DNA from: Octopus vulgaris
Taxonomy: Eukaryota
Direction: 5' to 3'
DNA: 64,000 nucleotides
Assembly (NCBI GenBank): GCA_951406725.2
Contig: OX597821.1
Coordinates: forward strand, 83,266,001-83,330,000
Notes under the pieces: generated by a model
What the model saw: the letters and a program-made list of their open reading frames with translations, nothing else
Told to the model about the DNA's origin: nothing
The model's database searches: none
In this document: piece by piece, positions 40,682-53,645 of the stretch
Layout: each line of letters starts with the position of its first letter
Position numbering within the stretch: position 1 is the stretch's first letter
Made by a program: the position numbers and the translations under genes

Positions 40682-41782
40682 GAAGGTCATCGTGATCAGA
40701 CAAATCAACTGATTTTTATTGACTCTGAGAGTTTCCTTGAGAAAGTTGTCGCTGTTTCTCACTATTAGTTCTTTCTAGAATAACGTGGAAATTTCACCAG
40801 CTGCGTTACCAGACTAGTAGGTGTCTATGAGCATCTGACAACAATCCGGATGCCAGGCGCCCAATTTTTGTCTATACTTGACCCAGAACTGCAGTTCCAT
40901 CTAAGAGACGAGCTATGGAAAAACGAACACACAAACCAAAGAAGAAAAAAAAAAACAATGACAACAGGATTTTGAGAGGATCATACACGGTTACTCACAA
41001 CTACTTGGACTTTCTAGAAGAATCTGAGTAGTGGTTAACGAGAACTCGAAAGCCGAGGTTTCCTCTTCTGCAATCAAGGCAAAAACAAAACAAAAACAAA
41101 TTAAAAAGAAATAAATAGGGAAGTCTAATCAGAAACGCAAACATTCCACAGAGAAAATGTTCCTTCCTACTGAGCAACATCTGTGGACTTTGGCCAAATT
41201 GATTTCCGCCCACCACCATTATCTCTTATTAACACTCAAATCATTCATCAAGTTCATCTCTGAAGCGCAAATCTCTAACTTCTCCTCCATCAGCTCATTC
41301 CTATTATCCAGTTTACACTCGATATTCCAACCATGACCGAACGGTGGTGTCAATAGATTGAAGACGTCGGAACTATTTCTATACTTCCAACATGTACGTA
41401 TATATGTCGTGGTAAGACAAGTGGAATAGAGAAGAAATGTTTTGAAAAAGGTTTGACGATTATATGTATTGTAAAGTTAGACTGGAAGCAGTTGGTAGCA
41501 GGAACTCTTTGCAACGAAGGAAAAGGGTGGCCTGAAGGTGTGGGAAACGGGTGGGGTATTCAATGATGGAGCACTTTTAAAAATGACACGTATATGGAAT
41601 CTATTTTCTCCATCACTCTCTCCCGCTCTACCTGGATATTGGTCTAAAATTTTGGCACAATGCCAGCAGGGGTAGGGACCAAGTCGATTAAATCGACCTC
41701 AGTATTCAACTGGTACTTATTTTATTTATCACGAAAGGATGAAAGGCAAAGTCGACCACGGCGTATTTGAACCGAAGACGTA

Positions 41783-41783
<1 letters not shown>
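40682..41783 (+). repeat. ~1.1-kb local duplication, copy 2
   Basis: Aligns to 36700-37803. Confidence 0.9.
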
Positions 41784-41829
<46 letters not shown>

Positions 41830-41831
41830 CG

Positions 41832-41867
<36 letters not shown>

Positions 41868-41892
41868 CGTGTTTGTGTGTGTGTGTGTGTGC

Positions 41893-42191
41893 TGGGCGCA
41901 TCGTCAGTTACGACGGCGGGTATTTCAGTTGATTCGATCAACGGAACGGCCTGCTCATGAAATTAACGTGCATTAGGCTGAGTGTTCCACAGACATGCGT
42001 ACCTTTACTGTGGTTCTCAGGGAGATTCAGCGTGACACACGGAATGTGGCAAGGCTGGCCGTCTTGAATTACAGGTACAACTTATTATTGCCAGCTGAGT
42101 GGACCGGAGCAGTGCGAAATATATTGTCTTACGCAAGGAATCGAACTCACGCATGTGAGCCGAATACACGAACCACTAAACTACGCGCTTT

Positions 42192-42192
<1 letters not shown>
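41893..42192 (-). mobile_element. CORE-like SINE (family C, tail type 2)
   Basis: Similar to 10062-10391. Confidence 0.7.
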
Positions 42193-42238
<46 letters not shown>

Positions 42239-42294
42239 AGAGACACACACACATACACAGAGACACACACACATACACACACACACACACACAG

Positions 42295-42328
<34 letters not shown>

Positions 42329-42343
42329 AGACACACACACACA

Positions 42344-42382
<39 letters not shown>

Positions 42383-42697
42383 GCATACACACACTCGTAT
42401 ACCTGGATGCACTCGACGCGCAACTATTGAATTATCATGTTTCAGCTCTAGTATTGACCTAGTTAAGCTGCCACCGTTGCTTGTGCAAAAGGTCATCCGT
42501 ATCCGACGGTGATCGATGACGTAATACAAAGAGCACAATGATAATACGAGAAATGAACATTGGCACCGACTTGGTACTCCTTTATTTCAAGTGTTAGATA
42601 TAGTTCAGTATCTAACAACACATGACGGCACAAAACAGATGCAACTGTTAGATTATCCGATAGAGCCAACATGGGGATCAAACAGAAATTTTATTCA

Positions 42698-43071
42698 TCT
42701 TTATATATAAAAGTGAGGTTGTGTGCTGTCTGTCTCCTACGATTTAGATTCCTAACTACTCCCACATTTTGCGGTGCAGTGTAACCAAAAGCGGGTATCT
42801 TATAGTCGTGATTCATATCGAGCCCTTCTGGGTATTAGCGCGCGTCTACGATGAGTCTACGATAAAAAAAAAACTACCATCATTTTTTTCTATTATATAA
42901 GGGAAGTAACTCTCTAAAAATGTATTATTAAATCTCAGAACGCAAAAAGCTACAGTAACACCCCACTTTGTGGTTAGCCATATTGAGATGGCTATTATAC
43001 TTTACATCTCTAAAAATGCTTATATAGTTATTTCCCTTACAAACCCGAGCAACGCCGGGCGATACTGCTAG
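42698..43071 (+). mobile_element. Non-autonomous Helitron, copy 2
   Basis: A|TCtttatatataaaa...cccgagcaacgccgggcgatactgCTAG|T. Confidence 0.85.
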
Positions 43072-44025
43072 TTTATAAATAAAACTTAATCTGGAGAACA
43101 ATTATTTTCGAAAGGACGAATTCTGCTTAAAAATGCAAATAAAGACTTCCTAGAAAATTTTAATTTATTAAAATTTATTAACTGTGGAATGTAGTAAGGA
43201 GTAAGTGTGACCTTTAACCGCATGGTGACAGCTCCGAACCTCAGCGAAGAAGACCTTAACTGTTATTGTGAAATCTTAGAATGACTAAATAAATGTATAC
43301 GACTTTGTGCATGAACAGGGTGTGCCGTCATAAACAGAAAGAATAACTGACGAAAATACCTAAGATGCCTGCTACTTACATTATTTATGTCCTAGAAACG
43401 AGAAGAAAAAATGTCATAGACGTCACATAAGCTTTCTTATTCTATGCATACTCAGTATCTTGTTTATGCAGGTACATGTAAACATCGCAAACAAGTGTAC
43501 TAACTATAGTAATAGTGGAAACGCTAACTTTCATAATATTGACTTTTTATTTAGACCGAGGTCAGCCCGGAAAGAACAAGTTGAAGATCAAAGTACATTC
43601 CAGTCACGACCATCTCATCGTGTTTTCATGCATAAACAAATTTAAGATTGCATAATCCAATGTATCTTTTTCAAGGCCCTGAGGTTCAATTTGAATTAGT
43701 TTTGCTCGCACAAAAGCTCCATCGTTGGTTCTGTAGAGGAGTAGACTGCATGATCCTTATAATTCTTACTAATTTTGGCACGCACGAGGTCATCAGGTTT
43801 GAGGGTGGAAAGTCGATTACATCGACCCTGGAATTGACTGGTACTTTATTTTATCGAACCTAAAAGGATGAAAGGCAAGGTCGACCTCGTCTGAATTTGA
43901 ACTCAAATGAAATACCGCAAAGCACTTATTTCGACGCTTTACCAATTCTGCCAGATCATCGCCTTTCAAAATCATAATAATGACGTCTAAGAGGTCCGTA
44001 ACCACAGATTGGTTGGAAGGTGTAA

Positions 44026-45343
44026 TCTTTATATATAAAAAAGTAAGGTTGTGTGTCTGTCTTCTACGATTTAGATTCCTAACTACTCCCACATTTTGCG
44101 GTGCAGTTTAACCAAAACTGCAGGGAGACACACTCGCCCCATTTCTTTTCATCATTGTTGTTGATTATGTGCTACGTATGTCAGTTGATACCATCTCTGG
44201 CAAGGGCTTTGAAATAAAACCAAGAAGAAGTTCCAGACACCCAGCTGAGTACTTGACAGACACTGACTTTGCTGACGACATCGCTCTTATCAGTGATTCT
44301 CTCTCCAATGCCCAGTCTCTTTTACAATCTCTTGAACAAGCCTCAAATTGTGTAGGTCTCTACCTCAATGAGACCAAAACTGAATACATAAACAAGTGCC
44401 TGTCCAACAGTGATTGCATCATCCACATTCTCAACAGTGCGCCTTTAAATATGGTTTCTGATTATAAATATCTTGGGTCATACATATCATCATCTGGAAA
44501 AGACTTTCTAACTAGAAAGGGTATGGCCTGGTCAGCCTGTAATTACATGCATAAGATCTGGTCATCAAATCTAAGTAGAGACTTCAAACTTGAAATATTC
44601 AAAGCCACAGTCGAACCAATTCTACTATATGGCTCAGAAACCTGGACGTTATCAAAGAAGCTTGAGAGGCGGTTGGATGGAACCTACACTCGCCTCCTTA
44701 TGAGAGCTCAAAATCTCTCGTGGAGGCGCCATCCAACTAAAATGCAAATATATGGGAAATTACCACCTGTGTCATCTCTTGTGAAAGGTAGGAGAGTCCA
44801 GTTTGCTGGACATTGTTGTAGAGCTGAAAAAGAAGTAATTTCTACTCTTCTCCTCTGGAAGCCATCTACTCGCAACACCAGAGGGCGCACACTCTCCTAC
44901 CCTGATGTAATCTCCAGGGATACAGGCATCCAGCAACAGGACCTCCGTAATGCTATGATGGACCGTGAAGTCTGGCGCAACATGGTAAATTCCATTGTCT
45001 CGACCACGGTCGAACAATGATGATGATGATTAACCAAAACCGGGTATCTTATAGTCGTGATTCATATCGAGCCCTTCTGGGTATCAGCGCGCGTCTACGA
45101 TGAGTCTACGATTTTAAAAATAATTTACCATCATTTTTTTCCATTTTAATGCATATTTTTTAAATATAAGGGAAGTAACTCTCTAAAATTGTCTACGATG
45201 AGTCAACGATTTAAAAAAAACTTTACCATCATATTTTTTCCATTTTTAATGCATTTTTTTGCTATTTTTTGGCTATAACTCTCTAAAAATGCTTTATAGT
45301 TATTTCCCTTACAAACCCGAGCAACGCCGGGCGATATTGCTAG
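44026..45343 (+). mobile_element. Non-autonomous Helitron, copy 3, interrupted by an RTE LINE
   Basis: Same termini as copy 2; sequence resumes exactly after the TSD at 45040. Confidence 0.85.
44119..45029 (+). mobile_element. 5'-truncated RTE-clade LINE with an uninterrupted RT C-terminal frame
   Basis: QGDTLAPFLF, DFADDIAL, YKYLGS, ILLYGSETW, QFAGHC motifs; (TGA)n tail; TSD ttaaccaaaac at 44108-44118 and 45030-45040. Confidence 0.92.
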
Positions 45344-45511
45344 TCATTAATAAACTAAGAATATTTCTCTATTTCTGGTACTTACTGTTAGCTTCACTAC
45401 GCATCTACTGACTCAACCTACTAGTAGGTGACAGCAAAATATGTAAAGCATGTGGAAAAAAATTTTCATTCACCACCCTACAACAAATCTATTTGTTCGT
45501 CCCTCGGTCCA

Positions 45512-45583
45512 TCATTCATCATCATTGTTCGACCGTGGTCGAGACAATGGAATTTACCATGCTACGCTAGACTTCACGGTCCA
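45512..45583 (-). mobile_element. 72-bp RTE 3'-end micro-insertion
   Basis: Reverse complement of 44959-45029; flanked by cggtcca repeats. Confidence 0.8.
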
Positions 45584-46429
45584 CGGTCCACTGTGCTCGA
45601 TAATTTCATGTAGTTACAGGATGTTGACATACATCCTGTTATGCTGTGCTTTGCACTTCTCCATCAATTTTGAACATTCTTTGGCATTTCAGTGAAGATT
45701 GCAAGTTATTGGAGAAAGAAACTGATGGCAAGTCGCATCACTTTTGTCTGCAAACGTTTGTGTTCTCTTCGATTCTTTGAACAAATTCTACAGGTTCAAG
45801 CAAAGATGTTGCAATCTTCTTTGCAGTATATCAAAGAAACAAGTGAAATAGATGACAAGTTGTTGCATTAAGGTTCTTGATATCCAACAAAACAAGCTGC
45901 GAATAAAGTCTGTTGTATGCGATGAAGTAAGTCAACAGGCCAACGAATTTATTGAGAGCAACCAGCTAAATTGAGCGAAGCCAAATCAGTGGAGTAAGGC
46001 TGCTGGAAGCCAGCTGACAAATAGTGGGGATCGATTCACTAAATTTCAATTTCGGGCCCTCATTCCCGTTTTTGATCGGATTTTCTCAGATCTCTGATGC
46101 CACTTTTCTGCAAAAGGCTGTCATTTCACGAAGAGGCAAACCAAAGAGAGATTCTGTTTCTTAACATTAATGGCCTCGTATACATGGAGGGAACATATCG
46201 GATGAACTTCGACGACCTGAAGACTGAATGTTACAGAAGTATCGAGCATTTTCAAATCACTGATCGAGTCGAATGTTTGCATTCATTTAGGGATAGCCTC
46301 GTTGAACTGTTCAGTCTGCTTCAAATTGTTGAAATGCCGCCTGTAAGCAGTATGGGCTATGAAAACAGTTTTTCCTAATCTGCGGGATTCTATAGCGGAA
46401 AACAATAGACTAGGCAATTTTAGGTACCA

Positions 46430-46948
46430 TTGCCATGAATAGAAAACGAGCAGAAACCTTTGTCATGTTAAGTTCATCTAGCAGAATATTCTCAACTCTC
46501 TCACGGGATAAGCTAATAGCATTGGCTTTCATCACTATGTGATGAACACGATCAGTGTTTCCCTTAGTGGTGGCAGTTGCAGTACGTCCAGACCTGGGGT
46601 CATCTTCAAGACTCTCTCTTCCCCTCCGAAATTCAACTGCACAATTTAGCACTGTTGATAAAGCTGGAGTGTTAATCCCCTAATGTAGCAACGATATCAG
46701 TATGAATATCCTAGGAGGCTAGATCCTTTCCCTGCAAGTACTGGATAACATCACGTGGCCAAATCACGTCTGTTTTCAGAATTAGCTACAAGTTAGTTTC
46801 GGAGTCTTTGAACAGTCAAATGTCAGTTTACCTGGAAAGAAACAATGCAGCTATTAATAAGAGGTGTCGAAATTGATGCATGCAAGATTTCACAACTTTA
46901 GCATCACTCCTTCATAGTCAGTTTATGAACTTTTTCGCCCGCTCTCTT
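46430..46948 (-). mobile_element. Mariner transposase N-terminal relic with left TIR
   Basis: EFRRGRESLEDDPRSGR...RVENILLDELNMTKVSARF. Confidence 0.85.
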
Positions 46949-46989
46949 ATAGAGATAGACAGACAGACAGACAGACAGATAGATAGATA

Positions 46990-47200
46990 AGTTTCTTTAT
47001 TGGCCACACAGGGCTGCACACAGATGGGACAAGTTACAAGGTAGAGCTTTTCTTTTGGGGAATGGAAAAAACAAAAAAGAAAAGAAACAAAAAAAGGGGG
47101 GGGCGTAGGTTTTCGATCAAGAGGGATCGTAAAAGGGAAGAAAATAAAAAAAAAATAATAATAAATAAAAAAAATAAAATAAAATAAAAAATAAAAATAA
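46990..47200 (-). mobile_element. Retroelement 3' end inserted in (GATA)n
   Basis: Homologous to 40366-40506. Confidence 0.7.
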
Positions 47201-47220
47201 AGATAGATAGATAGATAGAT

Positions 47221-47277
<57 letters not shown>

Positions 47278-47655
47278 CGACAGGATTTCTCGAACAAATA
47301 ACATCCCACCTCGTAAATAAATTAATAAATTAATAAAATTTGGTCACACAAATTTTGCTTCATATAATTCTCCTTTGTTCTTCATGAATAAGTTTGAAAA
47401 AAATTTTAACTATCTGCATTCTTTTAAAGCGCATTTGTTTGATCACCCATCCCGGAGATGGCTGTTCCCACCTCACCCCACCTCACTCCGTGAGAAACAT
47501 TGATTTATCGTATTTAGGACGGGAGAGGGTTTTAATCGCTGTTTAAAGAAAAGACTGAATTACAGAAAACTCAACTGCGTATGTGGTAGCTGTGTGTGCA
47601 TACAATGCACATACACATGCACACATACATGCATCTATACATGCATACACACACG

Positions 47656-47687
<32 letters not shown>

Positions 47688-47779
47688 GTTGATCGAACAA
47701 TAGGAATATTCGTTGTTAGTATCACTCTCACGGTGTCTGTCTATCCGTCCTTACATCTATCTATCTATCTATCTGTCTA

Positions 47780-47886
<107 letters not shown>

Positions 47887-48190
47887 ATCTATCTATCTAT
47901 CTATCTATCTGTCTATCTACACAAGTTAGTGATATGTATATGCGCGCGTGTAGGTGCGATTGAGTGAGTATGTGTGTATTATATATTTAGTAACGATCAT
48001 TAGTATTAGAATGACTAAACATTATTTCTTGAAGACACCTTTTGTAAATTAACAGTTTACTTTTTAGCCATTTATTTATCTATTTCTCCTATTTTTCCTT
48101 TCCTTTTCAATAAGACGTTGAAACATCCACCAACCCATCGAATCACCACCCACACAGGCTCGTACCTTTACACACAATAATACACACACG

Positions 48191-48229
<39 letters not shown>

Positions 48230-48584
48230 TCAAATACACACATTAACGCCTATATCCCTAATGTGTGGGTCGGGTGCGCCCACCGACCGACATAACTCGT
48301 GCCAGGAGCAATCTACAGCTTACCAAACCATGAATCATGGAGCGTGGCAGAAGAAACGAGTCATTGGGAGCTAAGTTTAAGTGGCATATAGCAAGCGAGC
48401 TGCTAGATATACTTATAATGTCTATACAGACACGGAGCACATCATTCACTGCCGCACACATAGAAGACACACACACACACACATACACACAACACGAGCA
48501 CAACATTAGCTGCTTCTCATTGCGATCAGCTGAAGTAAGTAAGCAAAAACTTCCTTGGCCGGGGATACCACTCACTCAGCAGGT

Positions 48585-48680
48585 TGATGACGTAACACTT
48601 TAATCAACCAATCACAGGGCTTACAGGTGACGTCCTACAAGCATGAGTAGGCGCTAACAGTAGAACATCAGTTGAAAGCT
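48585..48680 (+). promoter_or_regulatory. Candidate Pol II core promoter
   Basis: TGACGTAA 48588, AACCAATCA (CCAAT at 48608), TGACGTC 48628, Inr-like TCAGTT 48668. Confidence 0.4.
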
Positions 48681-50169
48681 TTGAATGCTGAGATATAACA
48701 GCAGCAGCAGCAGTAATAACAACAGCAGCAAATGCAGCAGCAGCAGTAATAACACATAGAACAACAGCAGCAGCAAATGCAGCAGCAAACGGTGACGAAT
48801 CTGTGAATCAACTTAGCAAGTGGTACAGAACTAATTTCGAACCAGCATCGTTGTAATGAAATACCAAACTTATTTACAAATAGACTTTTACTTTACACGC
48901 ATAAACACAACACATACAGACTTCGAGACATATTTATGGGTGAAGTAATACATACATATTCATACGCGAGTGTTTTATGTACATGCAACACACACACACT
49001 AATGTGTGTGTGTGTGTTGCATGTGTGTGTGCATGTGTGTGTGCGTGTGTGTGTGTGTTTGCATGCATGTATGTTTATATGTGTGTCTATGGGCAGAGGT
49101 ATGGCTATCTATGTATTTAACGATGTGATCGCAATCGCATTCAAGCACCGCGTGTATATGTGCACACACACACACAGTCTGTGTGTGTGTGTGTGCACGC
49201 GTACACTCAAACATGTATGTGGGGGATGGGTGTACGTGTACTTGTGCAGTGAAATGGAATGTTGTTGATTTGTAGCGAGGTCCATTGTTTCCTACTGAAC
49301 TAACATCGGACTTGGGAGAGATAAACAGGGCAGTGACTCAAGCTGGGAAGCAACAGGAAACGGTTTCATCACTGATACACCTTTCGTATATAGTAAGTGA
49401 GACCAAAGCTGAGAGCAAAAAAAACAAAATGATCCGCAACGAGTATCATAACATAGTCCGTGCATAGTTGGCATGATTACTATTAAAACTGGCTTCGCAT
49501 GGTGACTGCGTGATGGGTAACGGAAGGGACATTCTTGCTGGTAGCATCAATATTTTTTCGGCACTGCTGGAGGGAATGGTTCTGTCTGCCGGGTGCCAAA
49601 ATTACTGCTATCGCCAGTAGATAACTGATGAACGGAATGTCGTGTAGTGGAAGATATATGTAAAATATTGAATAATATATACAAATTACTGACACCCTGG
49701 TAGTCTTCTGTTTTCACATAAACCAGTTTGCATGGACTACGCGTGTTTTTGTTTTGATGCTAAAGTGTACTTGAGAATATTTCAGCCGATGTGTGTGTGT
49801 CTGCCAAACGGAATTAAAAACGCGCGGTAGAGTAACAAACATCATGTGCTGTAGATGGAAAAAGAAAGATCAGTTATGCATTGGGGTGTTATCGATAACT
49901 GAGCATCTGTCTATGATTAATCATTAATTCACTGATCGATCTTGTTACTGAGAATGCGTTATTTATGCAAATCTCTCCACAAACTAATCGTCTAAAAAGA
50001 CATTTATTTATAACTGCCTCGTGTTTTTAATTCAATATAATTTACACACTGTGGCAGCTAAAATTGTAGATTTATTCTAGTGTATAGCATCAAAGCAAAA
50101 ATGCTTCTAATAATTCTGATGTATTAATAGCAAAATGCATTACTTGTGCAAATCAGTTTACCCAGTATG

Positions 50170-50720
50170 GTGACGCCCTTAATAATCGCCTTCTCCCGGC
50201 CAAAAGAGGGCAGCGGAGCAATTTTCACATGGACTCAGCTGATAGCTGGATCCGTCCCACACGCGACAGCAGGTGTTCGACATAAACCCACAGGTCAGCA
50301 ATACTCGGGCACTGGACTAAGACATGCAGAACGGTTTCATCGTTCTGGGCGTACCTCGGACAGGCCTGGTTGACGGCACTTCTGTGCCTATAAAGTTTAT
50401 CCCGAACAGGCAGCGCCCCTCGGTAACACTGCCAGGCAAGGGATTTCTGGAAGTTATCCATCGGCCCAGGCCCGAAAGTTCTCCGAAACAGACCGGTTAG
50501 TTGATCTTCATCGACGCCCAGAGTTTCCCCAAGAACGTCGTCGCACTTTCCCTCCACTAGCCCTCTATAGAACACTAGAGTAGAACTACCACCGACCGCA
50601 TTGCCCGCCTGACGGAGGGCTGTGAGTGCTTCTCTGTACTCGTTGTGGCAAGCGCCCCTCCTTGGTCTACGCCTAATCCGGGATTGTAGCTCAGTCAAAG
50701 AGACGAGCTATGGAAAAGTG
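50170..50720 (-). mobile_element. L1/Tx1-clade ORF2 C-terminal fragment (zf-RVT-like CCHC region)
   Basis: FQKSLAWQCYRGALPVRDKL...CPRYAQNDETVLHVLVQCPSIADLW. Confidence 0.8.
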
Positions 50721-50724
50721 TGCC

Positions 50725-52270
50725 TCACAAACGGTGACCACACCTCAAACTTTATGGTAAAGATGAAGCTCAGTCAGTTCCCTCGTTGATACGATGTATA
50801 CTTTCAGTGCTGATATCAGAATGGAGTTCAAACTGAAAAAGTGCGGTGTGTTAGTCTTGAAGAAAGGTAAAATAAAATGTATGGACGAGCTAGCGATAAC
50901 GTCGGGGAGGTTACGAAACATATAGAAGAGAAGGGGGTTTAAGTACGTGGGGATACTGGGAATGGATAAATTGATGGAGAAAGAAATTACAGAAAAATTT
51001 AAGGTGGAGTACTTGCGCAGATTGAGGCTGTTCCTTAAGTCGAAATTAAACGGACGGAATAAGATTGAAGCTATCAGCACCTGAGCGGTTTCACTATTTA
51101 GACATGGAGCAGGGGTAATCGCATGGGCAGTAGACAAACGAAACAGCTTAGACAGAAAGACAAGGAAGTTGCTGACTAGATATGGGTCACTTCACCCCAA
51201 AAGTGACACAGACAGACTGTATGTACCAAGAAAAAGAGGGGGAAAAGGACTGATTGGATGCGAACACAGCATTAGAGCAGAAGAAAACAACATAGCATAG
51301 TATCTAAAAAATGCCACAGAACCATTGTTATTGGAAGAAGGTCAGGCTTGTGTAGGATGGAAGATTGCAAAGATAAAGCACTGTACAAGGACTTGGTAAT
51401 GAACGAAACTGAAAATAGGCGGGTAAAGAAAAGAATGCAAGGACAATTTCATAGGGATGCTGAAAATAAGACAGACAGAGAAAAAAAAGATGGCTATGGC
51501 TGGCCAAAAGTGATTTAAAACTGGAAACGGAGGCTTTAATCTGTGCTGCCCAAGATCAAGCATTAAAAACCAATTACATCAAATACAGAACAGACAACAC
51601 ATCAGAAAGTGATAAGTGCAGAATTTGTGGACAAAATGGTGAAACCGTATGGCATATAACCAGTCAATGTACGCCACTAGCCCAGAAATAATATAAGAGA
51701 CGTCTTGACAATATAGCAAGGATTGTCCATTGGACACTTCGCAACGAGTATGAACTTGACAGGGGAAAAAAGTGGTACGAACATAAACCCGAAAGCATCA
51801 TCGAAAATGATAGTGCAAAGATCCTATAGAATTTTATGATTTAGTGCGACCATGCGATAGAACATAGGAAAGCAGACATAGTGTTAACTGAGAAAGAAAG
51901 CAAACTATGCTGGATCATAGATATAGCATGCCCAGCTGACAACAAGGTATGCGATGAGGAAGAAAGAAAAGTCGATAGATATGAGAAGTTAGCTTGGGAG
52001 GTTCAGCAATTGTGGTCAATGAAAAAGGTGGTAGTAATAGCCCTGGGAACAGTGAGTAAAAATCTTGAGAAGTACATGGCACAAATAGGGGCTGTAATAA
52101 GGGTGGAGCAATTGCAGAAAACCACACTGCTTGGAACCGCTCGAATACTCCGGATGGTGCTCGAAAAAAAGGGGTGTTACCTTAGTTCACTGGTAGTGGA
52201 CAGCCGACAAAGTAGTACATCTCCAGCTTTAGAAGCTGAGCAAAGACGACAACAACAACAACAACAACAA
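50725..52270 (+). mobile_element. R4/Dong-clade LINE relic with (CAA)n tail
   Basis: MEFKLKKCGVLVLKKGK, GFKYVGILG, LHPKSDTDRLYVPRKRGGKGL, CRICGQNGETVWHITSQC, CWIIDIACP, LLGTARILR. Confidence 0.88.
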
Positions 52271-52729
52271 TCCTTTCTACTAGAGGGACAAGACCTCATA
52301 TTTGTGGGGAGGGGACTAGTCGTTTACATCGACCCCAATGTTTCATTGGTACTTAATTTATTGACTTCGAAAAGATGAAAGGCAAAGCCGACCTCGGCGG
52401 AATTTGAACCGAGATCGTGTAGACGGACGAAATGCCACTAAGCATTTTGCCCGGCGTGTTAACGATTCTGTTAAGTAATAAATCGTCACATGCGCGGTGA
52501 ACAATGAGATTTGAAACGATGACTAGCATTTATATTCCGCAAATATTCTTTGGGGAATAAACATGCGTGAAAAGATACTTAAAAACATATATAATCCAGT
52601 TTATAGGTTGTTCGAAATTGATGAGTCATTCGGCAATGTTTGCTACTTTACCACAATCTTAAGAGTTCTTTCAGGAAGAGGAGAGGGAACAGTCATTGTT
52701 TATATACTAACATACATATAAACTGAGTG

Positions 52730-53015
52730 GGGGCACATGGCCAAGTGGTTAGAGTAGCGGTCGAGGGATCGCGGGTTCGGATCTCAGACCGGGCGGTGTG
52801 TGTGTTTATGAGCGAAACGCCTAAGCTCCACGCGGTTCCGGCAGAAGGTAATGGTGAACTTATGCTGATTCTTTCGTCACAACTTTCTCGCACTCTTTCC
52901 TCCTGCATCTTGCAGCTCACCTGCGACGGACCGTCCAGGTGGGGAACCTATACGCCAAGGAAACCGGGAAACCGACCCTTATGAGCCAGGCATGGCTCGA
53001 GAAGGAACAACAACA
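52730..53015 (+). mobile_element. tRNA SINE (head shared with 915, distinct tail, (CAA)n end)
   Basis: gggcacatggccaagtggttagag...gggttcggatctcagaccggg...gagcgaaacgcctaagctccac. Confidence 0.7.
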
Positions 53016-53288
53016 ACGTATAAACTGAACATATCTTTTGAGTTATGTAATGTTGGATTAGTGCATGCAGAGCATCCGCAGGGGTCGCAGAATGAGTGGA
53101 TATCATCATCAACATCATCATAACTGTTATCATCATCTTCATCATCGTTGTGATCATATCGTGATTGCGGTTGTGGCTGTTGATAATGAGAGTGAAGGGC
53201 AGGGGTGGTGGCGATGACGAAAGATGCCGGCTACGATGACGACGACGATGGTAGTGGTAGGTGTGATCATAGTGAGGATGTACGTTTT

Positions 53289-53320
<32 letters not shown>

Positions 53321-53588
53321 GGTGGTGTTGACGACAAATGATGATGGTAATGATGAAGATGACAAATGATTGTGACGATGACGACGATGATGACGACGGC
53401 GATGATGATGATGACGACGACGATCCGGCGGCTGGTGATGCTCATCCAATCAGCAATGAATATCATGTTTTCCTGCGAGAAACCTGCAAGGTAAAATGAT
53501 TGCGTGACAGGTGTTATTTTTTTTTGCTTTTTTTTTGTAATTTTTCTGTGTGGGTGGTTGAGTAATGGAAGCAGATTCTTTCATAGAT

Positions 53589-53645
<57 letters not shown>

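Noticed and set aside
45790-46378. Possible exon VQAKMLQSSLQY... and a 93-aa ORF
   Set aside because: No recognisable motif; may be decayed TE
49620-49650. CTGATGA hammerhead-like core
   Set aside because: No stem II or GAAA in the required geometry
53290-53495. Minus-strand acceptor plus a 58-aa hydrophobic mini-ORF (MIFIADWMSITSRRIVVV...) and a plus-strand Asp-rich frame
   Set aside because: Composition is dictated by (ATC/GTC)n repeats; no independent support
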